Source: Lepidodermella squamata
Taxonomy: Eukaryota > Animalia > Gastrotricha
Assembly (NCBI GenBank): GCA_047495785.1
Contig: JBLDXI010000021.1
Coordinates: 2,232,001 to 2,296,000 of the forward strand
Direction: 5' to 3'
DNA: 64,000 bases
The notes under the pieces were generated by a model, which had not been told where the DNA came from, did not search any database, and saw nothing but the letters and a program-made list of their open reading frames with translations. Below, in pieces: positions 41,623-55,548 of the stretch (position 1 is its first letter; the number at the start of each line of letters is the position of its first letter). Both the position numbers and the translations under genes were made by a program.

Positions 41623-44600
41623 CTTTGCGCGTTTTCTTAACAAAAAAGTTGGAAGAGTTTTCGAACTGAAGATAGTTATCGCGATAGCAAATGTTATTAG
41701 CAAACATAATATGTGTATATAAAATAGCTTTAAAATACAGGACTTGGTTCGAGTAGGCACGCTGCCAGATGTTGTTGTTGCTATTAGCCACGCTTAATGG
41801 CTCAATTATACATGATATCACGGCGTTCGTTTTCTACAAAGTATATCGCATGCTCTTGAAAAGTAGTATATCGATAACAGCTTTTAAATATCGATAAACG
41901 GCGCTCGAATAATGATGCAGGTAATTGATACTACTAACAGCTTGGTATACGACGATACCATAATGTTGATTATAAACTACAAGCTGCGGCTTCACCTATG
42001 GAGATTGCTATATATTGGCGATTGGCCACTCGAAAAAACACGCGAATAAATGGTCTTGAGATGAGTTTGCGATTGGAACGGCAAAAACGGCCCTGTTCTA
42101 GGCACACATGATGAGGTCCCAGTGGCCACTCTGTAACTTATCGATCGGCTAAAAAGTGCGGCGCGCTGAGAAGGGTGATCAGCAAACGTGTTTTTTGCGC
42201 CGCTCAGCGATTTCTCAGACAAACAAATAATACTCGCACCACAACCGGGATAATCATGATATTTCCATAATGAAGCGCAAGATCCGGTAATTAATATTCG
42301 CTGCAGACTTTTTTGCGACCGAAAAGTGAGAGCCACGCGCTGGTGGTGTATTATTTGCCTTCGCAGCTATACGCGTTTCAATTGCTATTCAACTTGAAAG
42401 GCGCGTGTCTACACATGATAGATTTGGCAGAAATCAGGAGTTACTGCGGAATTTATAAGTAATATGCTAATCACGTTATACAATGCAAAATTTATCGCAA
42501 TAAAAGTCAACAGATGAAGCGATAAACCCGGGTGAAAGAACAGCGAGAGTGGCAGCACTGCACCAAATGTCTTGCAGTGATGAAATAATACAAGTAGTAT
42601 AAGAAAGTTCTCAAAAAAAGATTTCGTGAGATCAAATTGTTCAGCGCTAAGAAAATCAACAGATTTCTGTCATGTTGAGGCCTACTCATATGGACTGACA
42701 GCAGCTCAATGTATTATGCGGCGGTTGGGGTGAGAAATTTGACACTGAATCGCGACTCAAATAAAGTTGAACTAATCGCAATCAAATTAACATGCTGCAG
42801 CTGGGTATATCATCTTATATGTTTTTGCTTCAATAAAGAACACTCGCTTTACCTCCGTGTCGTTTCGATGAAAGGGATCCGCCGAAATTTCCACCGCCAA
42901 AAGCTGCAGCTCCGGCCATTGTATTTTTTCACGAGTAAATATCGGGTTTTATCGCCGTTGATTGGCAAATCGAATTTGCTAGACAATCAAGGTAGTAGTA
43001 CTAGTAATAATAATAACAATACTAATGCGCGAATTTTCTGCGGAAAATATTAACACTTTACAAATTTGCGATAGATATCGATAGGAAGAGCCTGTAAAAT
43101 TGCGGCGGCTGGCACTAGTTGTTTTGACAGCTGATCATCGTTTTAATCAACAACGCGCCAGAAACGCAAGCGATATGATCAGCAATAGCGAGATAATACT
43201 TGTCGGCAAGCGTGTAATGCAGTAATCCAATTATCAGCGCGGCTATCGCTGATGTCTTCGCATCTGAAACTGGCAGTCGCGCGCGCGCGGCGTCAAATCA
43301 TCAACGAAGCGCAATCGGCTCACGTCGCGGGCGAATCATCGACGAGCTGCGCCTATATCGTCGAGTGTGGACCAAATGCATGAGAACTGCTCATCACGAC
43401 TACATCGATATCAACCGCCGGTGTTCTTCAGCCGCGTGGAATCATCACACAAAAGCGCGGCAGGAAGCGCCGCTTTCGATTTTTATTTGCTCTGCGGTGA
43501 GCAGAATTTTTTGCGCTGCGATGATGATGAGGATCAATCAATTATTTGCAAAGCGCATCATCTCTAGTGGTTGTTTGCCGCCATTTCACTCGATGCATCA
43601 CCACTCGTCGCCGGTGAGACACCAGCGTCGGTGATATTACTGCTCTCTAGCGAATTCTGTGAAAAATTAAGCTCGCGGCAAAGAACGGCGCGCTGCCTTT
43701 ATGAAGCTGCTGGCTCTGCAATTTGCTGCGTAATAACTCGCGACTGCAGGTGCCGGCGTAATTTCGCAATCGACCGAAAATCAATCAACTGAGGTGCTAT
43801 GCGCTATCATGTGTTTTGCATGGGATATAAAGCGCCCAAGGCGTGAGCGAGATCGTAAAATATTCGCATTTTATTCCATTGTCAGAACTTTGTGGCGTGT
43901 TATTTTAGCGAATTATATAATGTAAGTCGATGAAAGAAGCGAAATGCACCGGGAGCCTAGTTTTTTGTTTTATCAAAGTAATGGATGAAGGCGGAGGATG
44001 TAACAACACAAATCGGCGAATTTCCTGCTCTGATCAATCAAAGAACGGAAAAAACCCAATCAAAGCTGAGAGAAATAGTCAAAAAACGCCATTCATCTTT
44101 TGTTAAAAACATCATCATCTGGAAATTAAATAACACGCGGGCATGCATCAGGAAAGAAGATGCAGTCAGTATTGTTAATATCGAAATAAATAATATTTAA
44201 TAGAAGCCTCTTTCCTCCTATCCAACAATCAAGGTTGATTGTTTGCTTTCCGTGGGCGATGATGAGAGACAATAAATCGCAGAAATAAGCGACGCATGTC
44301 GAGTGTCAAATATAGAGCGGTGCGACCGTCACGCTGCAATGTGAAGATTACAACAGCTAAAACCATCACAGCAAGAGTGAATTTAGTAGAACTATGGCTG
44401 CTATTTTATATGATGGCTGTCATTAGGCATCTTTGATAGAAAGCCACAAAATAGATTGACTAAAGGCGACACGACCGTCTCATTCGGGGAAAATTTGAAG
44501 CATATTAGGTATTAGAAAATAACGGTTCGAAACATCTCAATTCAAGGCTCTGCCGTCAACTTAAAGAAAGCTTTCCATCATTATATTTGTCAGCAAAAGT

Positions 44601-44860
44601 TTACGATGATGGTCTATACACGTGAAAACGTACTCTGATTATGGTGGTGATGGTGGTGTTGTTGGTGCTTAAGATTTATGGCAGGAAGTGACGCACGACG
44701 CATCGGAACTTTTAGAAAAAACAATGAGCATAGAGATGACCACATCGAGTCAACGACAGCACGGCTCATAGGTAATAAACTATTACATTCATTTACAGCC
44801 CCCTCTCTCGCGGCAGGCAAATCGTTAAATCGCATCACATTATTTATTGTAGCCACTTAC

Positions 44861-44930
44861 TTCTCGTCGAAGTCCCACCGGTCAGGCCTCCGGGTCGCAG
44901 ACTGAGTCGACGGCCGATTGAATACAGCAT
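44861..44930 (-). CDS. KCNIP: Alternative first coding exon of KChIP
   Basis: aaaaATG..MLYSIGRRLSLRPGGLTGGTSTR followed by a perfect gtaagt donor. Phase 1 matches the common KChIP acceptor near 41248. Confidence 0.6.
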
Positions 44931-46482
44931 TTTTTATTGCAGTTCAAATAAAAAAAATCGCCTAAATTATTAATTGAAACAATGAAATGAGCGATGCAGG
45001 ATGTTATTGCGAACACAACGCGTTGATGCTGAATTTATTCAATATCACAAATTACAAATCTGCAAACAACTCAGATACATAGTGCAGCTACAATATAATC
45101 GTTCTGGCAAATAGAAGCCACAAATTCACGCGGGCGAATCCTCATGATAGCTTAAACTCCAATCAAGATTACTTAAATCGCTTATGTGTAACTCGATATT
45201 GCAGCGTTTCTTAACCGCAAAAGATGCCATACAGCCCATTTTGGAGCAGCATTGAAATATTGAATTTTCGAGGCACGCGTTTCAAGCTTTAAGATATTAA
45301 GAAGCCTGGAAAAAAGCTGTAATATGAAACTTGGCCTAAACATTTTTTATAAACAAATGTCAAAAAGTGTAATGGCGCAACTAATGGGCTAACGCTTGCA
45401 GAGCGTTGAGCGCTTCGAATTTCTACGAGGAACCCTATGATACGGGAAATCGCTTACCATTTTTCTGTGTGAGTGTATAAATAAACTTATGTCTGGATGG
45501 GTAAATAATTGCGCAGCATGTACATCATATAGTACCGCGGGGCAGGTGTGAACAATTTGTTGCACCAAAAACTCACTCATCGCGGAATCAAACGCCGGCG
45601 AACGATCGATCAATAAGAAGCCGATTATAACTGAGACACGCGTTTTCAGGGCGAAAAGTGGCGTGTCAATATGTATATCCTCAAAATTCTATCAATTTTT
45701 TTACAAGTATGCGCACACAGCTGCAGAGCAACTCGCACGTGTTTTGTTATCGCAGTAAAAATTAATTTTACTGAGCCGCTTCAAGTTTACAGAGCAGGTG
45801 GTAAAAGTTGACGATGTGTTCCGTATACTAGTACATTTATACCGGTATGCTAGCCGGAATTATAACTGCGCAGTGTCTCTAGTGCGATCTTTCAATGAAC
45901 TGACTATATAAAGAATCCTCTCATTTATATGATCATATAGTGTAATGAGCTGCCTTCAGAGACGAAGATGATGATACGAATTTTAAAAGTTTATAACTAT
46001 AACGACAGTCACGTTTTATTCCGTATTTATTCCTGTTTACTTATCCGCCGACGCCAGATGCAAGAGGCCTAAAAAATCGCGGGATCTTAATAAAATTTTC
46101 GCCGCTGATCGCGCTCCATCGATAACAGTCTGAATACTGAAAGCTGAAAGTCAAAATTTTAAATTAAAGACTTTATTTTTCCATCGACTATTACTGTATG
46201 CAGTGTGCTGCTGTAATAGGCGCCAATGAAGGGGAATAAAGCTGCTCATTCGAGCGGCCAGTGATCTCGCTAAATTCACCGTGAAATTCAAGGCTACAGC
46301 ACCTCTTATATATTAAACTCTTTTATTTCTTTTAGAACGCTTTAGTCGTGGTTTTAACGACGATTAAACTGACGATTCAGATATGACACAGATAACAAAA
46401 CGGACCACTTGAAAAATCATACGGAGTTTGTCTTGAATATTTACATCATTTGCTAATTATTTATCTAATTGTTGGACTATTA

Positions 46483-46842
46483 TTATTTGCCGTTAGGCGA
46501 TTTTTGTGAGCAACAACATGAGCAACAACACCAGCTGAATTTGCAGCCACACCAGCAGCAAGAAAATGGATCGACTGGTTTGGTGAAGGCAAATGTCGAA
46601 TTATACCCAATAGCCGGACTAATGGCAGCAGATTTAGGCACTTTCCGTATTTCGATAGGTTTCGTCTTCGACGACAAATCCACGCGAGGCGGGCCGATGT
46701 AGCCGTTTAGACCCTTGCGAAGTTGGTAGTAGTTATAGGCCGCCATTTTCCGTTGATTTAACAATAATCTCGGTTTGGAGAAAGCGTCCAGTTTCGAAGA
46801 ATTCGCCAGCTTCCGAGGCTCTAAATTTGTCTTGTTATTCAT
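46483..46842 (-). CDS. Cysteine-string ORF; possible distal KChIP exon or independent small protein
   Basis: Frame open from an acceptor near 46990 and ending SCCWCGCKFSWCCCSCCCSQKSPNGK. Confidence 0.4.
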   Translation of the reverse strand: MNNKTNLEPRKLANSSKLDAFSKPRLLLNQRKMAAYNYYQLRKGLNGYIGPPRVDLSSKTKPIEIRKVPKSAAISPAIGYNSTFAFTKPVDPFSCCWCGCKFSWCCCSCCCSQKSPNGK

Positions 46843-47906
46843 CCGGTTGAACAAAAGCCCAGATGACTTGATAAGATGATCTAGCTTGTTTGGCTCAACG
46901 GCTATTCCTTGTATAACATTGTCATTCAGGTGATTTGTTAAATAAGTACGTTGTCCGGATGCTTCGACGGATAATATGGCTAAAATTCCTAAAATTTGAG
47001 TTGCTGATTACGGAAATCAGAGTTATTTTTAATATTAAATATACCAAAAGTCACAGCCGCGATTCGTGCTGGGTTTGGTGGCCGCATTTTTGCGACCGTT
47101 AAAATGTTCATCACTATATAAAAAAACAGTAATAAAATAAGCCGTTATAAGCTCACAAATATTGTTGCCAGGTCGCCATGCTCTCTCTCGAGTCGCACAA
47201 TTTATCCAAGTAAAGGGCTGGAGACAATTTTTCGACTGTGAGCTATACGTATTGCCAGCGCCGGGCCAATTTACCATCATCGACGCCGGTGTACGCGGCC
47301 GCGCGCGGCCATTAAAAAGCAGAGTGCGTAATTGCCGAAAACATGCAATGCGCCGTTTGCGGGCGCCTGTGCGACCTGAGCCGCAGCCTCTGGTTGCAAG
47401 TAATTATTTTGAGTCGTGCTGCTGCTGTCGCGCGCTCGCGTTGACCAACGATGACGGCGGACGCAAGAATTGGCGAGAGCTGAAATAAAACGCAATGCGC
47501 GCGATCTGTAGAATAACACACAGGGCCGGGGTATCATGACTAGCCGCGGTCAAAAATGCGGCTGAGATTTCTTGTTGTCAAACTGTATGCCTTAATTAAT
47601 TATACATTTGTTGCGCCGCTTTGCGCCTAGTAAATAAACCCTTATAACGAGTTTCTTGAACCGCGCTGGTTTTTCGCCGCTGCTGAACGTTCGCAAAAAT
47701 AAACAAAAGTCGGCGACGCTCGGCCGCACGCATGAGAAAAATATTATAAACAAATAGGTTTTTTTATTTCAAAATAAAATACCAACGATGACACCTTTGG
47801 TAAATAAATACCGCAGAGAGCAACACTTTTTCAAAGTTCGAACGGGCGTTTTCACCCGCAATGGAATGCGTTTTGTAAAATTTAAAATATAAATAATATA
47901 TATGAA

Positions 47907-50900
47907 TTATCGCCGGTGATGGTTGTTGTTACTGTGATGGTGTCGATGGTGATGCTGCCGATGATTTTCGTCGCGGTGCCTTCGAACACGGCTGTCTGGA
48001 TGAACGGGCTCGGGCGGAGGGGGCGGCGGTCTGACGACGGGCGTAGCCGTGCTTTTACACCTGCAAAAATAGCAGCAGTTGTTTATTTTTTACAGTAAAC
48101 ATCTATATGCATGTATATGCGATTGCTTGAAACTCACGGCAGCTTCGGTTTAAATATGCAAATGTAAATAACAACGCCGGCGACAACAGCAGCGACTGCT
48201 ACAACAATAACGATTGGCAGCCAGATTTTCACTGCAAAAACAGAAGAGTAGTTTTTAAGCAATGGCAGAAATGCGATCAAATTGTTTTCAATAGCTACGG
48301 TAAATTATTCATTGTTCGGTAAAAAAAGAAAAACAAATAATAATATTGTTTTGCTTCGAAAAATGCCCCAACTTACTCGCCCCTTTCGAGTCGATCGTAA
48401 TACTCGACAGAGTAGCCGGTCTCGGGTATGGCTGAGTCGAAGTCGATAGGGTCGGCCTCGGCGCCGCGGTCGTCGTCGTTCGAGCGGGAGCTGGGGCTGG
48501 TGCTTGTCTCAGCGTAATGTTTTGCCGGGTTCTGTTATTTCCAGGCGCAGATGGCGGAGGCCGGCTGGTAGCATTCCCTCCAAACTCTGTGTTATTACCG
48601 GCGGTTGTAGTAGACAAAATTCTACGATTCGTTGTTGTAGTCGGATTCGAAACTCTCGTGGTCCTAATTACAACAGTCGTGTTCGGAGCTGCACTAGTTG
48701 TCAAAGCTGTAGTAGTCGGTGCATTTCGAGTGGTTGACCTAGCCGTAGTTTTAGGTGGAGCTTTCGAGGTCGTTGCATATACCCTATCACAGCCTATTTC
48801 GTACTCTTTCGAGATACACTGGGACGACCGGTCAGGCAGATAGCCATACTCGAGGGGTAACTTTTCACGATAGCCATCCGCGCATTTGCATCGATTATCA
48901 ACACAAACCGTAGTTTCAGGCGGGTAGCATGTTCGGTTGTTGTAGCAGTAATCGCCAAGCCGGCCTAAAATAATAGCAGCGGTGTCGTTCGACATTCTCA
49001 TTCGGCAGAAACCAGCGGAATCGTCAGCTTCAGGATCCGAATCGATCGTCCAAGGCGCGGCACATTCACATTTTCGGTAGTTACAAGCCGATAGAGACCC
49101 GGCTAACAATTGGGACCCGCGACACACGCCATTCGTCGGGTCTTTCGGGATGCAGCTTGCACCTAGATCCAATTCTTTGTAACACCGCCTGTAGTCCGGG
49201 CTTGGCGTATACCCCAGCTTACACGTGCAAATGAAATTTTCGCAGGTGAACGGGTAGCACCTAGCGAAACCGGGGCATTCCGTATCAGCGGAACACCGCT
49301 CCCCGATTCTTTTCCGAGGCCTTGGCGTCGCACGAGGCGTTGTTCGGCGAGTCGGACGTGACGTGATCGCCAACCCGCGATCGACTCTAGGCGTTGTAAG
49401 CCTGGCTAATCGCTCCATTTCCAACAACCAACACGTGTAAGTCGAGTAGCATTCAGGCTTCGGCGTTGCCGCCGGTGTTGTAGTCGGCGTTGTTGGCAGT
49501 TTCGGGCGGATTTTTGTAGTAAAGCACCCGACAGCGGTCTCCGTCGTTAGCACACACTCGTCCAGCGAGTTGGGGTACACGGCTTTCTCAATCGCATTTT
49601 TCGGCCGATAACCAGGGCGGCAGACGCACTTTTGAGCGCGACATTCAAGCCCGAGGGATTTCCAACACGGCGCGTACGGAATCGGCGTCTCCTCCCGCGT
49701 GAACTCGTTGTAGACAACATCGTCCAAGTTGGAACAGTCATCGCCTAATAAGCCGTAAGTCGTCGATATCGGCGATAAAGCCGTTCGAGTTCGGTTGTCA
49801 TTCCAATCCGGTGTGTAATTCGGCCTGCATTTTCGGTTTAAAGGCGGGCGGTTCGCGTAGCCAGGCGAGCACTCGCATCGTCCACTCCGTGGAGAGCAGC
49901 TAGCTGATGGGGGTATGTCAAGCTCGCCGAGGCAGGCAGAATTAGTTGGCGAACATTCTGAGCCGGGGTCCGCCATTGGTCGACACGATCCGCCGTCACG
50001 GCTAGGCATGAAATCAGGCTTGCAACGGCAGATTTTCTCAGTGCAAGAAAGGGTGTAACAACGGGCATTCGCAGGGCAGTCGCCATCAATATCACAGTTC
50101 TCGTTAAGTTGAGCTGGGGTAATTTCAACCGAAAGTGCTAGAAATAAAATAACTCATGAATTGTTGGAAATTATAAATCAATTTTTCGAACCGTAGATGC
50201 GCCGTTCGATTACAGCATCGCCTTCTAGCACTGTGACGCCATTTGTCCATGAAATTTCGCGGTTGACTGATTTTTTAAGCTTATTCTTAAGAACAATACA
50301 CTCGCCAGTGGGCAATGCAGCAGTCAAGGCGTCATAGTTGTCCAGATAGGCAACCGTTGGCTGGTTTACATCGGTGGCGTAGTGAATGCCGACCAGGTCA
50401 CCACGCTTGACCGAAAATCGTTCACGCTTCCTCAGATCGATTTGCAAATACCCGGGGAAAACAAACGAAGCTTTCTCATCGTTAGGATCGCGAATTAAAG
50501 TCGATCCAATAAGAGCATATCGACCGCTAAAGTATAATATGGAAAATAGGCGAAAACGTATATAGTTCCAAGCTCGAACCTAATTCCGTCTTTTCGCCAA
50601 ATTCCCAAAATGGTTTTGTTAACAGTTGCCTGGCGAACTAAGCTCATTTTCCATGATGTGACCATGCCCTGTTAAATAACTCCAGTTTTGAATGCCTATT
50701 TAAGTGTTCAATCTCTTACCGAGCATTGCACTGCCATGCCCGAGCAGATGGTTAAAAATGTTGGAACATTCGACGAGGAGGTTAGCCGTTGAACAGAAAG
50801 CGCGTAGGTTTTGCGACTGAAAGCACCCGCCGAGCCCGCCGAACAGGGTGCATTCGTAATTTTCGGCTGAGTGATTTCTTCGTTCAGCGTGTCATTCGTC

Positions 50901-50974
50901 GCCTGACTATGAGCGACCGCCAAATAGATGACATAGATGATAAATGAGCAAATAATCTTCCTCCATAGCACCAT
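47907..50974 (-). CDS. Type I membrane protein with EB/EGF-like Cys repeats and mucin-like stalk
   Basis: Signal MVLWRKIICSFIIYVIYLAVAHS, repeated G-x-x-C...C-x-C-x-x-GY modules, Thr/Pro/Arg stalk, TM IWLPIVIVVAVAAVVAGVVIYICIF and a poly-Pro/His tail. Splice phases of the last exons were checked. Confidence 0.85.
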
Positions 50975-52030
50975 TTTGCGTTCAGTTTCTCATAGAGGGT
51001 CGTCCATAATTTTTTGCAGCCGTGTTTAAATCAGAATAAATCAGATTTAAATTACTTCCATGTGCAATTACCGTGTCTACAAGAAATAGCTAACAATTAG
51101 CCGTTATTCGTGTTACAAAGGTATCAACGTTAGCATTGTTGTTCTGCGAACCGACTCGCGGTCTGTTTTTCGAGCCGCGCGCGCGCGCGCATATTATTTT
51201 GCCAGCCGCAAGCAACGCGAGCGAGCACTTTTTCGCATTGCCGTCTCGCGGCGCCGCATCATCATCCACGAAGGCAAAGCAGCTCCGGTATTTATGCTGC
51301 CGTCACCGATCTTGCGCAGCACAGGTGCAGCCGGTGAGCATTGTTGTTTGCCGGTTGTTATTTTTGTTGCAACCACTTGAAACGTATTCCGAGAGGCCGA
51401 ATTCGCCGTTGTAACAAAAGCTGTTTGATACGCTGCGAAACTAGCGATTATCACTAATACTATTTGAAGGTGACATTATTCAGCAGCTGAAGGACAAAAA
51501 TCTAGTGCGAATATATTTATGCGAAACGTTGCCGTTTTTTCTCGCTTTCAGTCAGGTATCGAGGTTTTGTTTACATGCTGGTCAAGTGCTGAAAAATATT
51601 TGCCTAGCTGTTACTTTGTTGAGCTGACAAAAAAATCAATTCTTGGTTATTTTCTTTATTTTTCTATTTTCGTCTCTCGCAAGTTACGAGACTTGTTGTT
51701 TTCCTGCCAGGCAGGCTGCCGCGGTTCCAAAGTGAGAGTTATGCGCACGTCGCCGCGTTCTCCTACGCAACAATGCGAAGAAGAGGTGGTTAGTAGTAGT
51801 TACCTACTACGAAATGCTGAAATTCGAGATGACGGAGGTGGTGCGAGACAAAGCAAAATCCGGCGCGTGTTGCGGTGATGCGCGCAACGGAGCCGCTTTG
51901 AAACCGCCTGGATTTAAGGATTATCATACGCAATCGGCTTCGAGGCACCAGCCAGTTCAACAGTCTGTTCCTACATTTTCTCATTCGTTCATTTACAAGT
52001 TAGAAACACAGCAAACGAACAGAGCTATAA

Positions 52031-53040
52031 ATGCAGGTAATTTATCGGCCATTTTTTGAGAATTTTTCTTAGTGATTTCCTGCATGATCTAGGCGTTCAT
52101 TTTAGCAGCACTCGTCAGCGGAGCCGTTGGCGCTATTATCGGAGAAAAATGCGTTGGCCATAACGAATGCACGCCGCTGAATTCTTTCTGCAACATCGTT
52201 TCACCGTCCTGTAATGGCGGTCGTTGCGCCTGTATCCCCGGCCACCAGTTTGACGCAGTCGACGGCAATTGCAAACGATGTAAGCATAGTTTTGAAATTC
52301 TGATTTATTTTAAAATAATTAATTTCAATTTTCAGCTGTTGTGTTGGGCGCTGACTGTACTGGCACAGCCGATTTGTGTCTGACGGAAAACGCCAGCTGC
52401 CAGGAAGGCAAATGCATCTGCGATCTTGGCTTCAAACTCGGCCTGAAAGGATCCGACTGCGTTCTCGTCAACGCGACGCAGCATTTCGGCGGCGAATGCG
52501 CCTACAACGAAGAGTGCTACTACGACTTCAGGTGCGTCGACCACAAATGCGTGTGCAACACGGGCTTCAAGCGCATCGGCGAGTACGAATGTGCCGAGCG
52601 CGAGGTTGGCGACAAATGCCGCGCTGATATCGACTGTTCAATGACGCCGAACGCGATTTGCTCGAGTGGCATGTGCGCCTGCAAAGCTGGCTTCAAGCAA
52701 GTCCTACACGTCCTTTCGACCACGAAAGCGCAATTCACCTGCATCCCGACGGCTGAGGATATGGTGACTGAGGGCGAAAACTGCAGCACCAGGGCTAAGG
52801 AAGCCGGCAATAACCTGTGCCGCATGCCGTTCATTTGCACTGCTTGCGATTCGTCCACTGCGAAATGCGCCCGTGAGTTATTTTTCAGAATTTTCTAGAT
52901 TTCGTTTAATCCACCTTTATTAACGCGCAGGTCTGGCCCCTCTCAACTTCTCCGGACCAGGCATGGCCTCAGTCAAAGCCCGAAGCATGCTGACCAGCGT
53001 GAATGCGAACGAAAAGTCAGCCAACACCGCGACCGCTTAA
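52031..53040 (+). CDS. Secreted EB-module Cys-repeat protein
   Basis: ATGCAG|gtaatt micro-exon, signal MQAFILAALVSGAVG, and about five G-x-x-C-x4-C...C-x-C-x-x-GF repeats. Three short introns. Confidence 0.85.
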
Positions 53041-53548
53041 AATCGATGAGCATACCCTTGCTGCAACTTCATTGTTATTCGTCCCGATAATTCTGTTCTT
53101 GATTCATGATTTGTCGAAAACAATAAAACAAGCATTTCTGTCGCTTACTTTGAAAGTTTTCATCACACGTGTTAAACGCCTTTGAGGCAAGGGCATTGAA
53201 CCGAAACGACCGAGTTCGTTGTTAACAGAGAACACACGCGTGTAGTAGCTAAGTGGCATCAAAAATTATTTACGCTCTTGTTTTTGATGGTAAAGTGAAT
53301 AAAACCATTAAAAAGACGTTTTTGCCAAATAATAACAAGTATACTATGTAGCGCTGACGAAGCGTGAAGCGTTTATGTAGCTGGCATCAAAAACTACACA
53401 CACGAGTATTGAAATTCTTTCTTCCCTCGTCATCATCGTTATCTTCACCATCTCAGCTCGTGCAGTATAACGTTGCTACTACCAGATTAACTCGTTCAAC
53501 CGAGTCAAAAAACACCATGCTGGTGTTGAAATTATTTAAAAATCGACG

Positions 53549-54983
53549 ATGATTACCACATTAGCCTTCCTATTCACTTTGTTGCCAGCAATTATAATCA
53601 GCGCTGAATTGTCTGGCGTCGGGGATTGCCCATGCGGAGCAAGTGTCAATTTGACCGATGGCTTTCGATCGAGAGACATTCAGCGCAAGGGGGCACCTTT
53701 TGCTCTATCGACTGATATACAGCGGTGTTTCAGCATTGCAAAAATGCCAAACGTTGCGAGTAAACAGGCTAGCTTTGGCGTTTGTACGAAAACAGCCTTT
53801 CCTGCTTATCAGGGTCGAATTCGCGGGAAAACAGCTTCATTCAATTTAAATTCACATGAACTCGAAACTATTATCGAACACATCGGAAGCAGTCTCAGTG
53901 ATGTGAAAGAAATTCACTTTAAATTCGGATCCGTTTGCTATCTCGCAGAATTGCAAGGGTCGCGATGGAACAAACTTAGCCAGCCGGATTTGAATTGCGA
54001 CAAAATTGGCCAATCTTTTGTCCTATGCGAATACTCAGGTTTGAGGATATTTAAAGCTTTGTATTTGAAAATGTTCATGATATTGTAGTTGGCGAGGGTC
54101 AATGCTTGACCACAACTCAATCGGCCGAAATTACCACAACAACGGCAATTACTGTTGCCGAAAATACTTCTGATGATGATTGGGAAAGTGACCAAACCGC
54201 CTCCCCTGCTGCCTCTACCGCCTCGATCTTGGCGTCATCGGAGCCACCGCTTGCCGATACAGATGACGACGAGAAATCAGCTGATTCTAGTGAAGACTCA
54301 GGCCTAACCACTGATTACAGCGTAATAAGCAATGTCAGCGCCGAAGCTCAGGCACTTTCAGATTCAAAATCCTGTTTCATTCACGGCGAAAGAGGATTCC
54401 TATTTTGCGGACTAATCATCGGCGCTATCGCTTTATTTGTGGTTCTAGTATCAATCATCATCGTATGCCTCATCTTGCGACGCAAAAAAGCTATCGTTAT
54501 TGTCTTGAACCGGAAAAGAGATACGGTGGCTATGAGTCAACTTCGCGCCTCAGTGAATTCGTCGACTGTTATGAACAGCAATCCATGTCACCCTGTAACC
54601 ATAACGCCAACAAGTAGCGTCTCAGCGACTTATCACCGCGTCCCTCTCCCGCCGCCTCTACCCCAACCGCCGATTCCTAATGGTAGGACTGGCGACGACG
54701 CAGCTCGGCCTTTGCTTTCATTCGAGTATTACGGCGATGCTGAGATGAATCTGACGGAAGCCTCGAGTCAGAGACAATCTTCCGCTCTGCTAGATGTCGC
54801 AGCAGGTGGATCCTCCGAGCAGCAGAGCAACCGAAGCTCGAATAAAATCGAAGCTGATGATGGTGGTTATCAAGTCGTTGGCAATAACAACAGCCATGAA
54901 GAAAGTAATATATCAATTTTTGTGACAATCGCAAAAATCTTTTATTTTATTTTCTCATTTTAGATGACTACGTGGCGCTGTAA
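53549..54983 (+). CDS. Type I membrane protein with divergent C-type-lectin-like domain
   Basis: Signal peptide, CY..W..C..FVLCEY pattern, Ser/Thr/acidic stalk, TM FLFCGLIIGAIALFVVLVSIIIVCLIL, and a tail with poly-Pro and Tyr motifs ending NDYVAL. Confidence 0.7.
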
Positions 54984-55121
54984 ATCGGGAAATATTGACT
55001 TCCAATATTTTCTTTAATAAAAATATATTTGAAAAATACTATTTTATTGATAGATCATAACTAAATCATGAATAATTTTAGAGGAATCTTCCTTCCAATA
55101 TTAACTTGACAAATTAGCGTA

Positions 55122-55548
55122 TTATTTGCCGACTTTTGGTAGGAAAAGCTCGCGTTTTTGTTGGCTGAGCATTTCGTTGTCCCGGCCAGCGAAGGGCGCA
55201 TACAGGCGGGAAGCGTAAACCTTCGCCGGTGGTATGGATCCAATGGATCCTTGGGGACGTCGGACGCCGAACCATCGGGTTTTAATGATGTGTTGGCCTG
55301 AGTCACTTCGAGGCACTACTTCAACATCACCGGCCCATGGCGCTACAGGTCGCTGCAAGAAAAGAACAGGTGAGCCGAAGGAATCGCCCCGCAGCCACTG
55401 CTCGCCATTGTCAACCTCATATACTTCAGGCATAGCTTGGCCTATTCATAGAATTAACAAATATATTGGATAGATAAACAAGTTAACTATTTTCACCTTG
55501 AATAACCACCGTGACGGATAGAACGATCAAAAAGCAGGTCGAAATCAT
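55122..55548 (-). CDS. Small secreted protein, candidate neuropeptide precursor
   Basis: Two exons joined in phase 1 give signal MISTCFLIVLSVTVVIQGQA. The C-terminus is KR-ELFLPKV-GK-stop. Confidence 0.7.
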
